This document shows, one piece after another, positions 19,217 to 27,596 of a stretch of 28,985 nucleotides of DNA; position 1 is the first letter of the stretch; each line of letters starts with the position of its first letter. The DNA lies in the NCBI GenBank assembly GCA_964495415.1, contig CAZBVR010000081.1, positions 1 through 28,985 on the forward strand, given 5' to 3'. Both the position numbers and the translations under genes were made by a program. The stretch comes from an uncultured Nautiliales bacterium (GTDB lineage Bacteria > Campylobacterota > Campylobacteria > Campylobacterales > JAADDX01). The notes beneath the pieces were generated by a model. That model saw only the letters and a program-made list of their open reading frames with translations. It was not told the DNA's origin and did no database searches.

Positions 19217-20254
19217 CTACTCCCTTTCAAACTCTCTAAAAGAGTTCAATAATAATCTAATTGAATTCATCAATGTTTGATATTGTATCTGTTCTCTACT
19301 TCCCTTTAATTGCAATCTTTCAACAAAATAGTTCCCATCTCTATCTCCAACTCCAATAAAAACTGTGCCGACCGGTTTCTCTTTTGTTCCACCTGTTGGA
19401 CCAGCCACCCCACTCACAGCAATGGCATAATCACTTTTACTTATCTCCAAAACACCTAACAACATCTGTAAAACAACCTCTTCACTCACCGCTCCAAATT
19501 TAGCCAAAGTTTTATTATCAACTCCCAACCATTCAGACTTTATCTCATTTGCATAAGTAACAACACTCCCATCAAAAACAGCACTACTTCCAGAAACTTT
19601 TGTAAAATAGGAAGCTATCAATCCGCCTGTGCAACTTTCAGCAAATGTTATCTTTTTACCCATTTTAACTAATTTTTTTTCAATATATTCAAAAATGTTG
19701 TTACTAATGATAATATGAGGAATAAATCCTTTTAACTGCTTAATTAAATTTGGATTGCATTTTTTAGTTTTTATTTCACACCAACCCCCCTCATTTTGAT
19801 AGATAGAATAATCTATATTAAAACTTTCAAAAATAGGTTTAACAAACAGATTAGCAGTCTCTAAATCGTAATCAAAAATGTGAAAAGTATATATCTCTCT
19901 TCCTAAAAAGATAGTTGGAATATACTCCTCAACCTTTATCACATTTATTACACTATCTCCTATCTCTATCAAAAAACTACCCTTTTCATAAATGGTAGCC
20001 TTAGAAGGAATTAAAATAGAGTTCTCCTTTAACTCCAAACTATCCTCATTTATAGTAGCCATAATTTTAGCAATTGTGGAATATAAATTTTTATCTGTTA
20101 CCAAAAGTAACTCTCTATATTTCAATACAAGTTTTTCAATCTCAAACTCAATCCCCTCAAAAAAGTAGATTTTCTCTATTAAAAAATTAGATAAAAGATA
20201 GGTTTGAATAAATTTTCTATATTTAAACTCTTTTCCAATAAAAATAATAACCAT
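19217..20254 (-). CDS. cinA: CinA family protein (C-terminal NMN amidohydrolase/PncC domain)
   Basis: FAESCTGG, GSSAVFDGSVVTYANEIK, AVSGVAGPTGG, KPVGTVFI. Start reassigned to ATG 20254 (RBS AAAGGA); the track start at 20347 overlaps ppk2. Confidence 0.88.
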   Translation of the reverse strand: MVIIFIGKEFKYRKFIQTYLLSNFLIEKIYFFEGIEFEIEKLVLKYRELLLVTDKNLYSTIAKIMATINEDSLELKENSILIPSKATIYEKGSFLIEIGDSVINVIKVEEYIPTIFLGREIYTFHIFDYDLETANLFVKPIFESFNIDYSIYQNEGGWCEIKTKKCNPNLIKQLKGFIPHIIISNNIFEYIEKKLVKMGKKITFAESCTGGLIASYFTKVSGSSAVFDGSVVTYANEIKSEWLGVDNKTLAKFGAVSEEVVLQMLLGVLEISKSDYAIAVSGVAGPTGGTKEKPVGTVFIGVGDRDGNYFVERLQLKGSREQIQYQTLMNSIRLLLNSFREFERE

Positions 20255-20267
20255 TTTAATCCTTTTT

Positions 20268-20283
20268 TGATAAAATGATAACA
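20268..20283. promoter_or_regulatory. Interlocked divergent extended -10 promoters (cinA / ppk2)
   Basis: Plus TGaTAAAAT at 20268-20276; minus TGtTATCAT at 20283-20275, in a 44-bp spacer. Confidence 0.55.
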
Positions 20284-20298
20284 AAAAAAAGGAGCAAT

Positions 20299-21105
20299 AT
20301 GAAATATAAAACATTAGAAAATAGACTTCCAGAAAAAAGATTACCAAAAGAGGAGGTTTTTAAAAAGAATGGTAGATTAAAAGAAAACTTTTATGAAAAA
20401 GAGTTAATTAAGTTACAGATTCAACTTGTAAAACTACAAAATCATGTTAAAAAGAGTGGTGAAAGGATTTTAATCATATTCGAGGGGATTGATACCGCAG
20501 GAAAAGGGGGAACAATCAAAAGAATTACAGAACATCTAAATCCAAGAGGTGCAAGAGTAGTAGCTTTAAATAAACCGAGTGATGTTGAAAAAACTCAATG
20601 GTATTTTCAAAGATATGTAAGCCACTTCCCAGCAGGTGGAGAGATTGTCCTATTTGATAGAAGTTGGTATAACAGAGCGGGAGTTGAAAGAGTATTTCAA
20701 TTCTGCACCCATGAGGAGTATCTAAGATTTATGAGACAATGTCCAAGATTTGAAGAGATGATTGTCGATGATGGAATTAAATTTTTTAAGTATTGGCTTG
20801 ATATTTCAAAAGAGGAGCAGTTGAGAAGATTAAAATCAAGACAAACAGACCCTTTAAAAATGTGGAAACTAAGCCCTCTTGATATGGAAAGCCACAAACA
20901 TTATGACGACTACCAAAAAGCGAAAGAGGATATGTTTTTAGCTACCCATACCGCATATGCCCCGTGGATAGTAGTAAATGCAAATGATAAAAAGAGAGCC
21001 AGATTAAATATAATTAGAGATATACTTTCTCAAATAGAATATGAGGGAAAAGATGAGGAGATTGTAGCCGATAGTGAAATAATCTCTATATATCATAGAA
21101 AATAG
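20299..21105 (+). CDS. ppk2: Polyphosphate kinase 2
   Basis: Walker A FEGIDTAGKGG, LNPRG, WYFQRY, FDRSWYNRAGVERV, KYWLDIS, WKLSPLD. Start ATG 20299 after AGGAG. Confidence 0.95.
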   Translation: MKYKTLENRLPEKRLPKEEVFKKNGRLKENFYEKELIKLQIQLVKLQNHVKKSGERILIIFEGIDTAGKGGTIKRITEHLNPRGARVVALNKPSDVEKTQWYFQRYVSHFPAGGEIVLFDRSWYNRAGVERVFQFCTHEEYLRFMRQCPRFEEMIVDDGIKFFKYWLDISKEEQLRRLKSRQTDPLKMWKLSPLDMESHKHYDDYQKAKEDMFLATHTAYAPWIVVNANDKKRARLNIIRDILSQIEYEGKDEEIVADSEIISIYHRK

Positions 21106-21116
21106 AAAAAAATTTG

Positions 21117-21125
21117 TGTTATAAT
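21117..21125 (+). promoter_or_regulatory. Extended -10 promoter (TGtTATAAT) for the YbjQ-like/HemJ-like pair
   Basis: Perfect TGTTATAAT 12 nt after the ppk2 stop and 22 nt upstream of ATG 21148. Confidence 0.65.
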
Positions 21126-21147
21126 TCTAATCAAAAAAAGGATAAAT

Positions 21148-21441
21148 ATGAGAGAGATTCAAGAACAGATTTTAAGTTTTGGAGAAATTCCAGATGAACA
21201 TGAAGTAGTTACAATTGCTTATGCAGGAGTTAGAATTCCAACAGAAACATTATACACAACAGAAGGAACTTTTCCAACTGATGCAATTCAACAAGTGATT
21301 ATCTATCTACAAGAACAAGCAAAAGAGATGGATGGAGATGGTGTAAAAAATATAGAAGTTAAACAGATAGTTTCAAGAGATAGTAATGGTAAAGAGATGA
21401 TGGATTTTATAGGAAGTGGAACAATTGTAAGGCTTAAATAA
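21148..21441 (+). CDS. YbjQ/UPF0145-like (putative heavy-metal-binding domain) small protein
   Basis: LQEQAKEMDGDGVKNIEV...GSGTIVRL resembles the YbjQ pattern L.eqA..lGAdAVvgi.......GTAVk. RBS AAAGGA. Confidence 0.55.
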   Translation: MREIQEQILSFGEIPDEHEVVTIAYAGVRIPTETLYTTEGTFPTDAIQQVIIYLQEQAKEMDGDGVKNIEVKQIVSRDSNGKEMMDFIGSGTIVRLK

Positions 21442-21818
21442 TGCTATTTTATGTAGGACATCTGCTATTAGCCTTTTCTTGGGCTATATTTCTTTTAACC
21501 TTCATTAAAACATTACAAAATGAGATAGAGGGCAAAGAGGTTAAACTTTTTGCTCTGTTAAGCACTATTTCGATGATAGCGGTTTTAATTGTAGGAACAA
21601 AGATGATGTTAATGGACCACTCTATAATTAAAAGTGGAAAATGGATTCATCTAAAACTATCATTTGATATAGTTCTAATGTTAGAAAATCTGTTTCTACT
21701 TAAACTTTTATTTAAAGATAAAAAAAAGTTAAGTAGAAAGTGTGGTAACATTCTATACTTTTTTAGTTACTTCGCTTTTATGACTATGATTTTTCTGACG
21801 ATGACAAGACCTTTTTAA
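21441..21818 (+). CDS. HemJ/CopD-like four-helix membrane protein
   Basis: H-x5-SW in TM1, KSGKWIHLKL, terminal RPF; four hydrophobic segments; TAATG overlap with the upstream gene. Confidence 0.55.
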   Translation: MLFYVGHLLLAFSWAIFLLTFIKTLQNEIEGKEVKLFALLSTISMIAVLIVGTKMMLMDHSIIKSGKWIHLKLSFDIVLMLENLFLLKLLFKDKKKLSRKCGNILYFFSYFAFMTMIFLTMTRPF

Positions 21819-22719
21819 GATATCCTCTAACTTTTGGAGGTATCCCCTCTTTTCTCATCTTCTCTTTAAACTTCTTATCAAGTTTTGTTTTAACATATGG
21901 AGCTACAAAAATTTTTTCCCTATTCCTATCAATCGCAAAAAGGCCTCCTACCACTATACTAAAATTCTGTTTTACTATCTCATCTCTTTGAGGTTTTGAA
22001 AGAAGATATCCCAACTCCTTTAAAATCAAATCAACCTTTTTAATATCAATTCGAGGAGAGGAGATTTTAAAACTATAAATATCTTTTTCTCGTTCCCAAT
22101 CCTTCTGAAAAAGCAACTTTTTATCCTCTTCCAAATAACGGAAACTCCTTTTTACCCCCTCAGCAAACTCTTTTATAAAACGATTGGAAAACTCCTTTCT
22201 AAAATAGTTTCTTCTATATTTTGTATCAAAATTGGAACTATCTACAAAATACTCTATTTTTCTATCCTTTAAAAACTGCTCTATCTCCTCTCTACTCATC
22301 TCTATCAAAGGTCGATATATTGTAAAATGCTCTCTCTCCTCTACCTCCTCCATAGATAACAACTCCTTTAAACCCGCTCCTTTACTCAACTGCATAAGAA
22401 ACCATTCAAACTTATCATTTAGTTGATGAGCCATATAAAGATTTTTATATCCATACTTTATAGCCAACTCTTCAAAGAAACGATATCTACACTTTCTCGC
22501 CTCCATTTCAAAATTGGAATCGCTTAAAATACACTCCTTAATATAGATTTTTTTATTATATTTTTTAGCCAAATGTTTAGCATATTCAACCTCCTTAATA
22601 CTCTGCTCTCTTTTGTGATAATTCACTATTGCAATATCAAATTCAATCCCCCTATCCATTAAAATAAAAAAGAGAGCACTACTATCAACCCCCCCAGAAA
22701 AAGCCAACAGATTATCCAT
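21784..22719 (-). CDS. tilS: tRNA(Ile)-lysidine synthase (short epsilon form)
   Basis: PP-loop AFSGGVDS, VNYHKR, ARKCRY, AHQLND, IYRPL, DSSN, RNYFR. Confidence 0.93.
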   Translation of the reverse strand: MDNLLAFSGGVDSSALFFILMDRGIEFDIAIVNYHKREQSIKEVEYAKHLAKKYNKKIYIKECILSDSNFEMEARKCRYRFFEELAIKYGYKNLYMAHQLNDKFEWFLMQLSKGAGLKELLSMEEVEEREHFTIYRPLIEMSREEIEQFLKDRKIEYFVDSSNFDTKYRRNYFRKEFSNRFIKEFAEGVKRSFRYLEEDKKLLFQKDWEREKDIYSFKISSPRIDIKKVDLILKELGYLLSKPQRDEIVKQNFSIVVGGLFAIDRNREKIFVAPYVKTKLDKKFKEKMRKEGIPPKVRGYLKKVLSSSEKS

Positions 22720-22740
22720 TTTGCTATCCTTTTTTGCATT

Positions 22741-22790
22741 ATTATAACATATTAGAAAAAATTGATAAAATTGTCTAATTTTAGTATAAT
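22741..22790. promoter_or_regulatory. Divergent -10 boxes for tilS (minus) and mutS2 (plus)
   Basis: Minus TGtTATAAT at 22749-22741 and plus TATAAT at 22785-22790. Confidence 0.6.
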
Positions 22791-22815
22791 CACACTTAAA
22801 AAAAGGAAACAGATT

Positions 22816-24987
22816 TTGATAAAAAAACTTGATCTTGTTGAATATATAGAAAAGTTCAACTCTCTATTAGCAAGAGAGAAAAGTTTTATAATGGAGGGTG
22901 ATATAAATGTGCATCACCGACTTATAGAGAAACTTCAAAAATATGATTATACTTCTCCTCCAAAAGTTATAAACCTTGATACTCAGATATTAAAAATAAA
23001 AAAAGATGGAGTGTTATCTCATAAAGAAATTTTTGAATTTATTAAGATAATAAACTATTTTAAGTATCTGAAAAGTAGAAAATGGGGCGATTTAGAGGAG
23101 TGGCTCAGCAAAATAGAGATTCCACAAGCGATTGAAGAGATAAGAGATAATTATAGCAAAAAGGGTGAATTGATAAATGTTGAGGAGTTAGAAGAGATAA
23201 AAGAGTTGCTTTCTAAAAACAGAGAAAATATCAGACACTCATTATATAAAGTTTTAAACTATTCAAAGTTAGAAAGTTATCTAATTGATAGACAGATTCA
23301 CCTTGTGAATGGAGAAGAGTGTTTAATGGTAAGAGGTGGCTTTAACAGAGTTTTAAAAGCTGAGATTGTTGGAAGAAGTGCAAATGGTTATTTCTATATA
23401 TTTCCAAACGAGATAAGAAAGTATAAAGAGAGAGAAAGTGAATTGCTATCCAAAAAAGAGGAGATAGAGTTTAGATTTGCAAAAGAGTTCAGTTTTATAT
23501 TTAAAAAATGGGTTAAATTTTTAACTTTTATCAATAGAGAATTTGATAGATTTGACCACTACAATACAAGAATAGAGTTAGCTAAAAATGAAAATCTCCA
23601 ATTTATCCTTCCAAAAAAAGATAAAAAAATTATTTTAAAAAACTTTTGTCATCCAGCCCTAAAAAGTTGCAAACCTATTTCATTAGAGTATGATAAAAAT
23701 ATACTTTTAATTACGGGAGTAAATGCCGGAGGTAAAACGATGTTATTAAAATCTATTCTAACCTCAGCTTATATGGCTAAACATCTGCTTCCTATGAAAA
23801 CATCTCATTCAACTCACATAGGACATTTTAAAGAGATTATAGCGATAATTGATGACCCTCAAAATGTTAAAAATGATATCTCAACATTTGCGGGTAGAAT
23901 GAGAGAGTTTTCAAAACTTTTTAATGTTAAAAATGCTCTAATTGGAGTAGATGAGATTGAGTTAGGAACAGACTCAAATGAAGCCGCTTCCCTTTTTAAA
24001 GTGATTATCAAAGAGTTGATAGAACAGAAGATAGTAATCACAACTCACCATAAAAGATTAGCATCTCTACTCGCAAATGATGAAAGAGTAGAACTATTGG
24101 CCGCCATTTATGATGAAAAGAAACAAAAGCCAACTTATGAGTTTATTAAGGGAACAATTGGAAAAAGTTATGCTTTCGAAACTGCCTTAAAATACGGAAT
24201 TCCAAAAAGAGTTGTGGATAAAGCAAAACAGGAGTATGGAGATGATTTAGAGAATCTAAATCTTTTAATTGAAAAAACCTCTAAACTTGAACTTGACTTA
24301 ACTTTAAAAAATAGAGAACTTGAAAATAAATTGGAAAAAATTAAAAAAATTGAGGAGCAACTTGAATATCAAAAAGAGGAATTTAATAGAAACATAGAAA
24401 AGGAGAAAAATAGACTTTTAAGAGAGTATAATGAAGCCATAAAAAAAGCAAAAGAGTTGATAAAAGTAAAAAATGAGAGAGAGTTTCATAAAAAATTAAA
24501 TGAAACTCATAAACTGAAAAATAGAATTAAAATTGAAAAAAAGGAGCGAAATGAAAAAATTGAGGTTGGAGATAATGTCTCATATTTTAACTCAAAAGGA
24601 AAAGTAATTTCGATAAGTGGTAAAAATGCAATTTTAGATATAGAGGGGAAAAAAGTAACCGCTCCACTAAACTCACTCAAAAAAGAGAAAATAGTTTTGA
24701 AAAGAAAAAAAAGTAATATAGTTGTTTCAAAACCAAAACCAGCAAAAATAGATATCAAACTTGACCTTCACGGATTAAGATATGAGGAAGCGATGGAAAA
24801 AACAGATAAATTTATAAATGATGCCCTTCTTGCTGGACTAAATGAGATAATTATCTATCATGGAGTGGGAAGCGGGGCATTGGCAAATGGAGTAAAAAAA
24901 CTACTTCAATCTCATCCATTGGTAAAAGAGTTCTATCCAGCACCTCCTAACATGGGTGGTTATGGAGCTACAATTGTAAAATTATAA
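22816..24987 (+). CDS. mutS2: Endonuclease MutS2
   Basis: Walker A GVNAGGKT, ISTFAGRM, DEIELGTD, TTHHKRLA, coiled coil, Smr domain LDLHG...HGVGSG. Likely start TTG 22816 after AAGGA. Confidence 0.94.
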   Translation: MIKKLDLVEYIEKFNSLLAREKSFIMEGDINVHHRLIEKLQKYDYTSPPKVINLDTQILKIKKDGVLSHKEIFEFIKIINYFKYLKSRKWGDLEEWLSKIEIPQAIEEIRDNYSKKGELINVEELEEIKELLSKNRENIRHSLYKVLNYSKLESYLIDRQIHLVNGEECLMVRGGFNRVLKAEIVGRSANGYFYIFPNEIRKYKERESELLSKKEEIEFRFAKEFSFIFKKWVKFLTFINREFDRFDHYNTRIELAKNENLQFILPKKDKKIILKNFCHPALKSCKPISLEYDKNILLITGVNAGGKTMLLKSILTSAYMAKHLLPMKTSHSTHIGHFKEIIAIIDDPQNVKNDISTFAGRMREFSKLFNVKNALIGVDEIELGTDSNEAASLFKVIIKELIEQKIVITTHHKRLASLLANDERVELLAAIYDEKKQKPTYEFIKGTIGKSYAFETALKYGIPKRVVDKAKQEYGDDLENLNLLIEKTSKLELDLTLKNRELENKLEKIKKIEEQLEYQKEEFNRNIEKEKNRLLREYNEAIKKAKELIKVKNEREFHKKLNETHKLKNRIKIEKKERNEKIEVGDNVSYFNSKGKVISISGKNAILDIEGKKVTAPLNSLKKEKIVLKRKKSNIVVSKPKPAKIDIKLDLHGLRYEEAMEKTDKFINDALLAGLNEIIIYHGVGSGALANGVKKLLQSHPLVKEFYPAPPNMGGYGATIVKL

Positions 24988-25002
24988 AAAAGGAATTAAA
25001 AG

Positions 25003-25746
25003 ATGAATAGAAGAAAATTTATCACTATTGGTGTAAGTTTTTTATGTGCTACTCCTCTTTTTGCTAATGAAAAACTTGATAATGATATCTATATAGATAA
25101 AAAAGAGATAAAAACTTTTCTTTCTTTACATAAAAAATTAGAAAGAATTGAAAAGATAGTTGGATATGCAAATTTTAACATTATCTCTTTTGATGAAGTT
25201 TTACAAGTTGCAAAACACTATCCAAAAATTGGAGCCTTTACAAAAGAGGAGTTAAATTTAATTGAGTATCTATTTTTTACACCCGCAAAAAACTTTGGAT
25301 TTTTAGGTGAAAAAACAGTCTCTTCTATCACCAACAAAATCGATAAAAAAAGTATTATAAAAATTCCACACACTGGACATTTTGTCTATAAGGGAGAATC
25401 TTTAAAAATATACTCAAAAATGATAAAAGATGTTCCAAATATCTATTTAACAAGTGGAATTAGAAATGTGCCTAAACAACTAAAACTCTTTGTAAATAAA
25501 ATTTATCGCTCAAATTTTAATATCTCAAAAGCCTCTTTTTCAATTGCTCCCCCAGCCTACTCATACCATACAATAAGTGACTTTGATGTTGGAAAAAAGG
25601 GGTGGGGATGGAATAACTTTACTCCAAAATTTGCAAGAACTAAGGAGTTTTATAGAATAAGACATCTAAACTATGTTGGAATTAGATACAGAATGTATAA
25701 TCAATATGGAGTTAGATTTGAGCCTTGGCATATTAAAGTAATATAA
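25003..25746 (+). CDS. Tat-exported M15 (VanY-like) Zn D,D-carboxypeptidase/peptidase
   Basis: Twin-arginine signal MNRRKF...LFA; M15B motifs SGIR, PPAYSYH...D, EPWH. Confidence 0.8.
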   Translation: MNRRKFITIGVSFLCATPLFANEKLDNDIYIDKKEIKTFLSLHKKLERIEKIVGYANFNIISFDEVLQVAKHYPKIGAFTKEELNLIEYLFFTPAKNFGFLGEKTVSSITNKIDKKSIIKIPHTGHFVYKGESLKIYSKMIKDVPNIYLTSGIRNVPKQLKLFVNKIYRSNFNISKASFSIAPPAYSYHTISDFDVGKKGWGWNNFTPKFARTKEFYRIRHLNYVGIRYRMYNQYGVRFEPWHIKVI

Positions 25747-25764
25747 AACTATAAGGAATAGAAA

Positions 25765-26244
25765 ATGGAGAGATTATATGCTCCTTGGAGAAGAGAGTAT
25801 CATTTAACAAAAAGAAGCGGTTGTCCTTTTTGTGATATAAGAGATAGTAAAGAGGATGAAAAAAACTATATTTTTTACAGAGACAAATTCTGCTTTTTTA
25901 TTATGAATAAATTCCCCTACAATCCCGGACACTTTATGATAATACCGAACAGGCATACATCTAACTTAGAGGATTTAAGCAGTGAGGAGATTTCGCACAT
26001 TTCACAAATGGCACAAAAAGGAGTTCAAATTTTAAAAAAATGGGGAGCCGATGGAATAAATATAGGTTTTAATTTAGGATTTGATGGCGGTGCCGGAATA
26101 CCCGAGCATATACATATGCAACTTGTTCCAAGATTTAAAAGAGATACCAATTTTATGACCACAATAGCAGAGACACGAGTTTATAGTGCCGATTTTGATA
26201 AAATATATCAAGAGATTAAAACTATAGCAAAAGGAGTTTTATGA
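25765..26244 (+). CDS. HIT family protein, Ap4A phosphorylase-like
   Basis: LYAPWR, CPFC, NKFPYNPGH, GFNLG..GGAGI, and HIHMQLVPR at the triad. Confidence 0.88.
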   Translation: MERLYAPWRREYHLTKRSGCPFCDIRDSKEDEKNYIFYRDKFCFFIMNKFPYNPGHFMIIPNRHTSNLEDLSSEEISHISQMAQKGVQILKKWGADGINIGFNLGFDGGAGIPEHIHMQLVPRFKRDTNFMTTIAETRVYSADFDKIYQEIKTIAKGVL

Positions 26245-26660
26245 TTGAGTTAGATAACCAAGCCCAATTTAAGATAAATCTTGAAGAGTTGGAAAAAATC
26301 GCTAAAAAAATTACAGATAAAAATTTTGAATTGATTTTAGTAGATAATGCCACAATAGAACAGATAAATAAAGAGTATAGAAACATTAAAAAGCCAACTG
26401 ATGTGCTTAGTTTTCCCATAGATGCTATTTGTGAAGAGATGCCAATAGGAAGCATAATTATTTCAGTAGATTTTTTAGAGAGAGGTGTGGAGTATGGACA
26501 TTCAAAAGAGGACGAACTAAAACTGCTTTTAATTCACGGATTGTTACATCTTATTGGATATGACCACGAAAATGACAATGGAGAGATGAGAGAAAAGGAG
26601 AAAGAGCTTATAAAATTTTTTGATTTACCAGAAAGTTTGATTATAAGAAATGAGAAATAA
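26241..26660 (+). CDS. ybeY: rRNA maturation endoribonuclease YbeY
   Basis: NKEYR...PTDVLSF, GSIIIS, metal motif HGLLHLIGYDH. Confidence 0.95.
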   Translation: MIELDNQAQFKINLEELEKIAKKITDKNFELILVDNATIEQINKEYRNIKKPTDVLSFPIDAICEEMPIGSIIISVDFLERGVEYGHSKEDELKLLLIHGLLHLIGYDHENDNGEMREKEKELIKFFDLPESLIIRNEK

Positions 26661-26675
26661 ATTTTTCCTCCTTTT

Positions 26676-27593
26676 TTAACTTTCACTTTGTAACTCCTTC
26701 ATCAATAATTCAGACAATTTTTGAATATCTTTATCAAGCTGATTTTTATGAATAAATGATAAAATTCTTCTCACTACCAAAATAGTCCCTTTACTCTTCT
26801 TTATCTCCTCTAACTCATTATCAATTCTATCAAGCAAAATCAAAAGAAACTTTATATTTTTTATCTCTTTTCTCAATTTCAAATCCAATTCTGGATATTT
26901 CATCTCAAATATATAACTATACTCTTTTTTAAGTTTATTTTTCTCTATCGCTTCATAATCTATAATCCTATTCTCAATAAGAGAGTAGTGAATATAGTGT
27001 TTATCTGAAAATGAGTTTTTTAGAAAAAATCTTTCAAAAATATCTACTGCTCGATGATATTCTCCCTCTGAAAACTGCTTCATCTCAAAAAATAGAACAA
27101 AAAATTGTAAATCACAATAATTACTATCTTTGAAACAGGGAATTGTTTTCAACTTTTCAAACTCTTTTAATCTATTTTTTGGTATCACTCCTATAATTCT
27201 ATTAACATCAATCGCTACTAAGGAGGTGAATTTAGTTTCAATAAAACTTGCCGAAAACTGTAACTCTCTTGAATCTCTCAATCTAAATATAAAAAAAATT
27301 TTATTTGAAAAATCTATCTCCTTAAAAAACTGAAACAACTTTTTTATATCAAGATACCCATTTTTGTAAAATTTAGAAACAATGGGTTTAGTTTCAAGAT
27401 TGTTATGTAGTAGAGTAATATATTTTTTAATTTTTGATTTTATCTCCTTTTTTAGCATACTATTATCTAATATCGATTGACATAAAATCTCTACATTTTT
27501 AACTATCTTTTTTAATTTATGCTCCTTCTCCTCAACACTTTCTAAAATCTGTTCCAACTCTTTAATATGCTCTAATAAAAATCTGTTATCCAT
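26676..27593 (-). CDS. Hypothetical protein (coiled coil plus possible degenerate GGDEF-like domain)
   Basis: 305-aa ORF 3 nt downstream of the recN stop, with genome-typical codon use. No intact catalytic motif, so confidence refers to it being a gene. Confidence 0.7.
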   Translation of the reverse strand: MDNRFLLEHIKELEQILESVEEKEHKLKKIVKNVEILCQSILDNSMLKKEIKSKIKKYITLLHNNLETKPIVSKFYKNGYLDIKKLFQFFKEIDFSNKIFFIFRLRDSRELQFSASFIETKFTSLVAIDVNRIIGVIPKNRLKEFEKLKTIPCFKDSNYCDLQFFVLFFEMKQFSEGEYHRAVDIFERFFLKNSFSDKHYIHYSLIENRIIDYEAIEKNKLKKEYSYIFEMKYPELDLKLRKEIKNIKFLLILLDRIDNELEEIKKSKGTILVVRRILSFIHKNQLDKDIQKLSELLMKELQSES

Positions 27594-27596
27594 TTT

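Noticed and set aside
20255-20347. Track-predicted N-terminal extensions of cinA (to 20347) and ppk2 (from 20275)
   Set aside because: They would overlap head-to-head; both genes have better RBS-supported downstream ATGs (20254, 20299).
22689-22695. G7 tract in tilS as a phase-variation site
   Set aside because: It encodes the invariant SGGV PP-loop of an essential gene and is shorter than typical phase-variable poly-G tracts in this phylum.
22767-22782. AAAATT-GTCT-AATTTT palindrome upstream of mutS2, resembling 13575-13591
   Set aside because: Almost entirely A/T; consistent with the periodic AT-rich signal upstream of epsilon promoters and likely chance.
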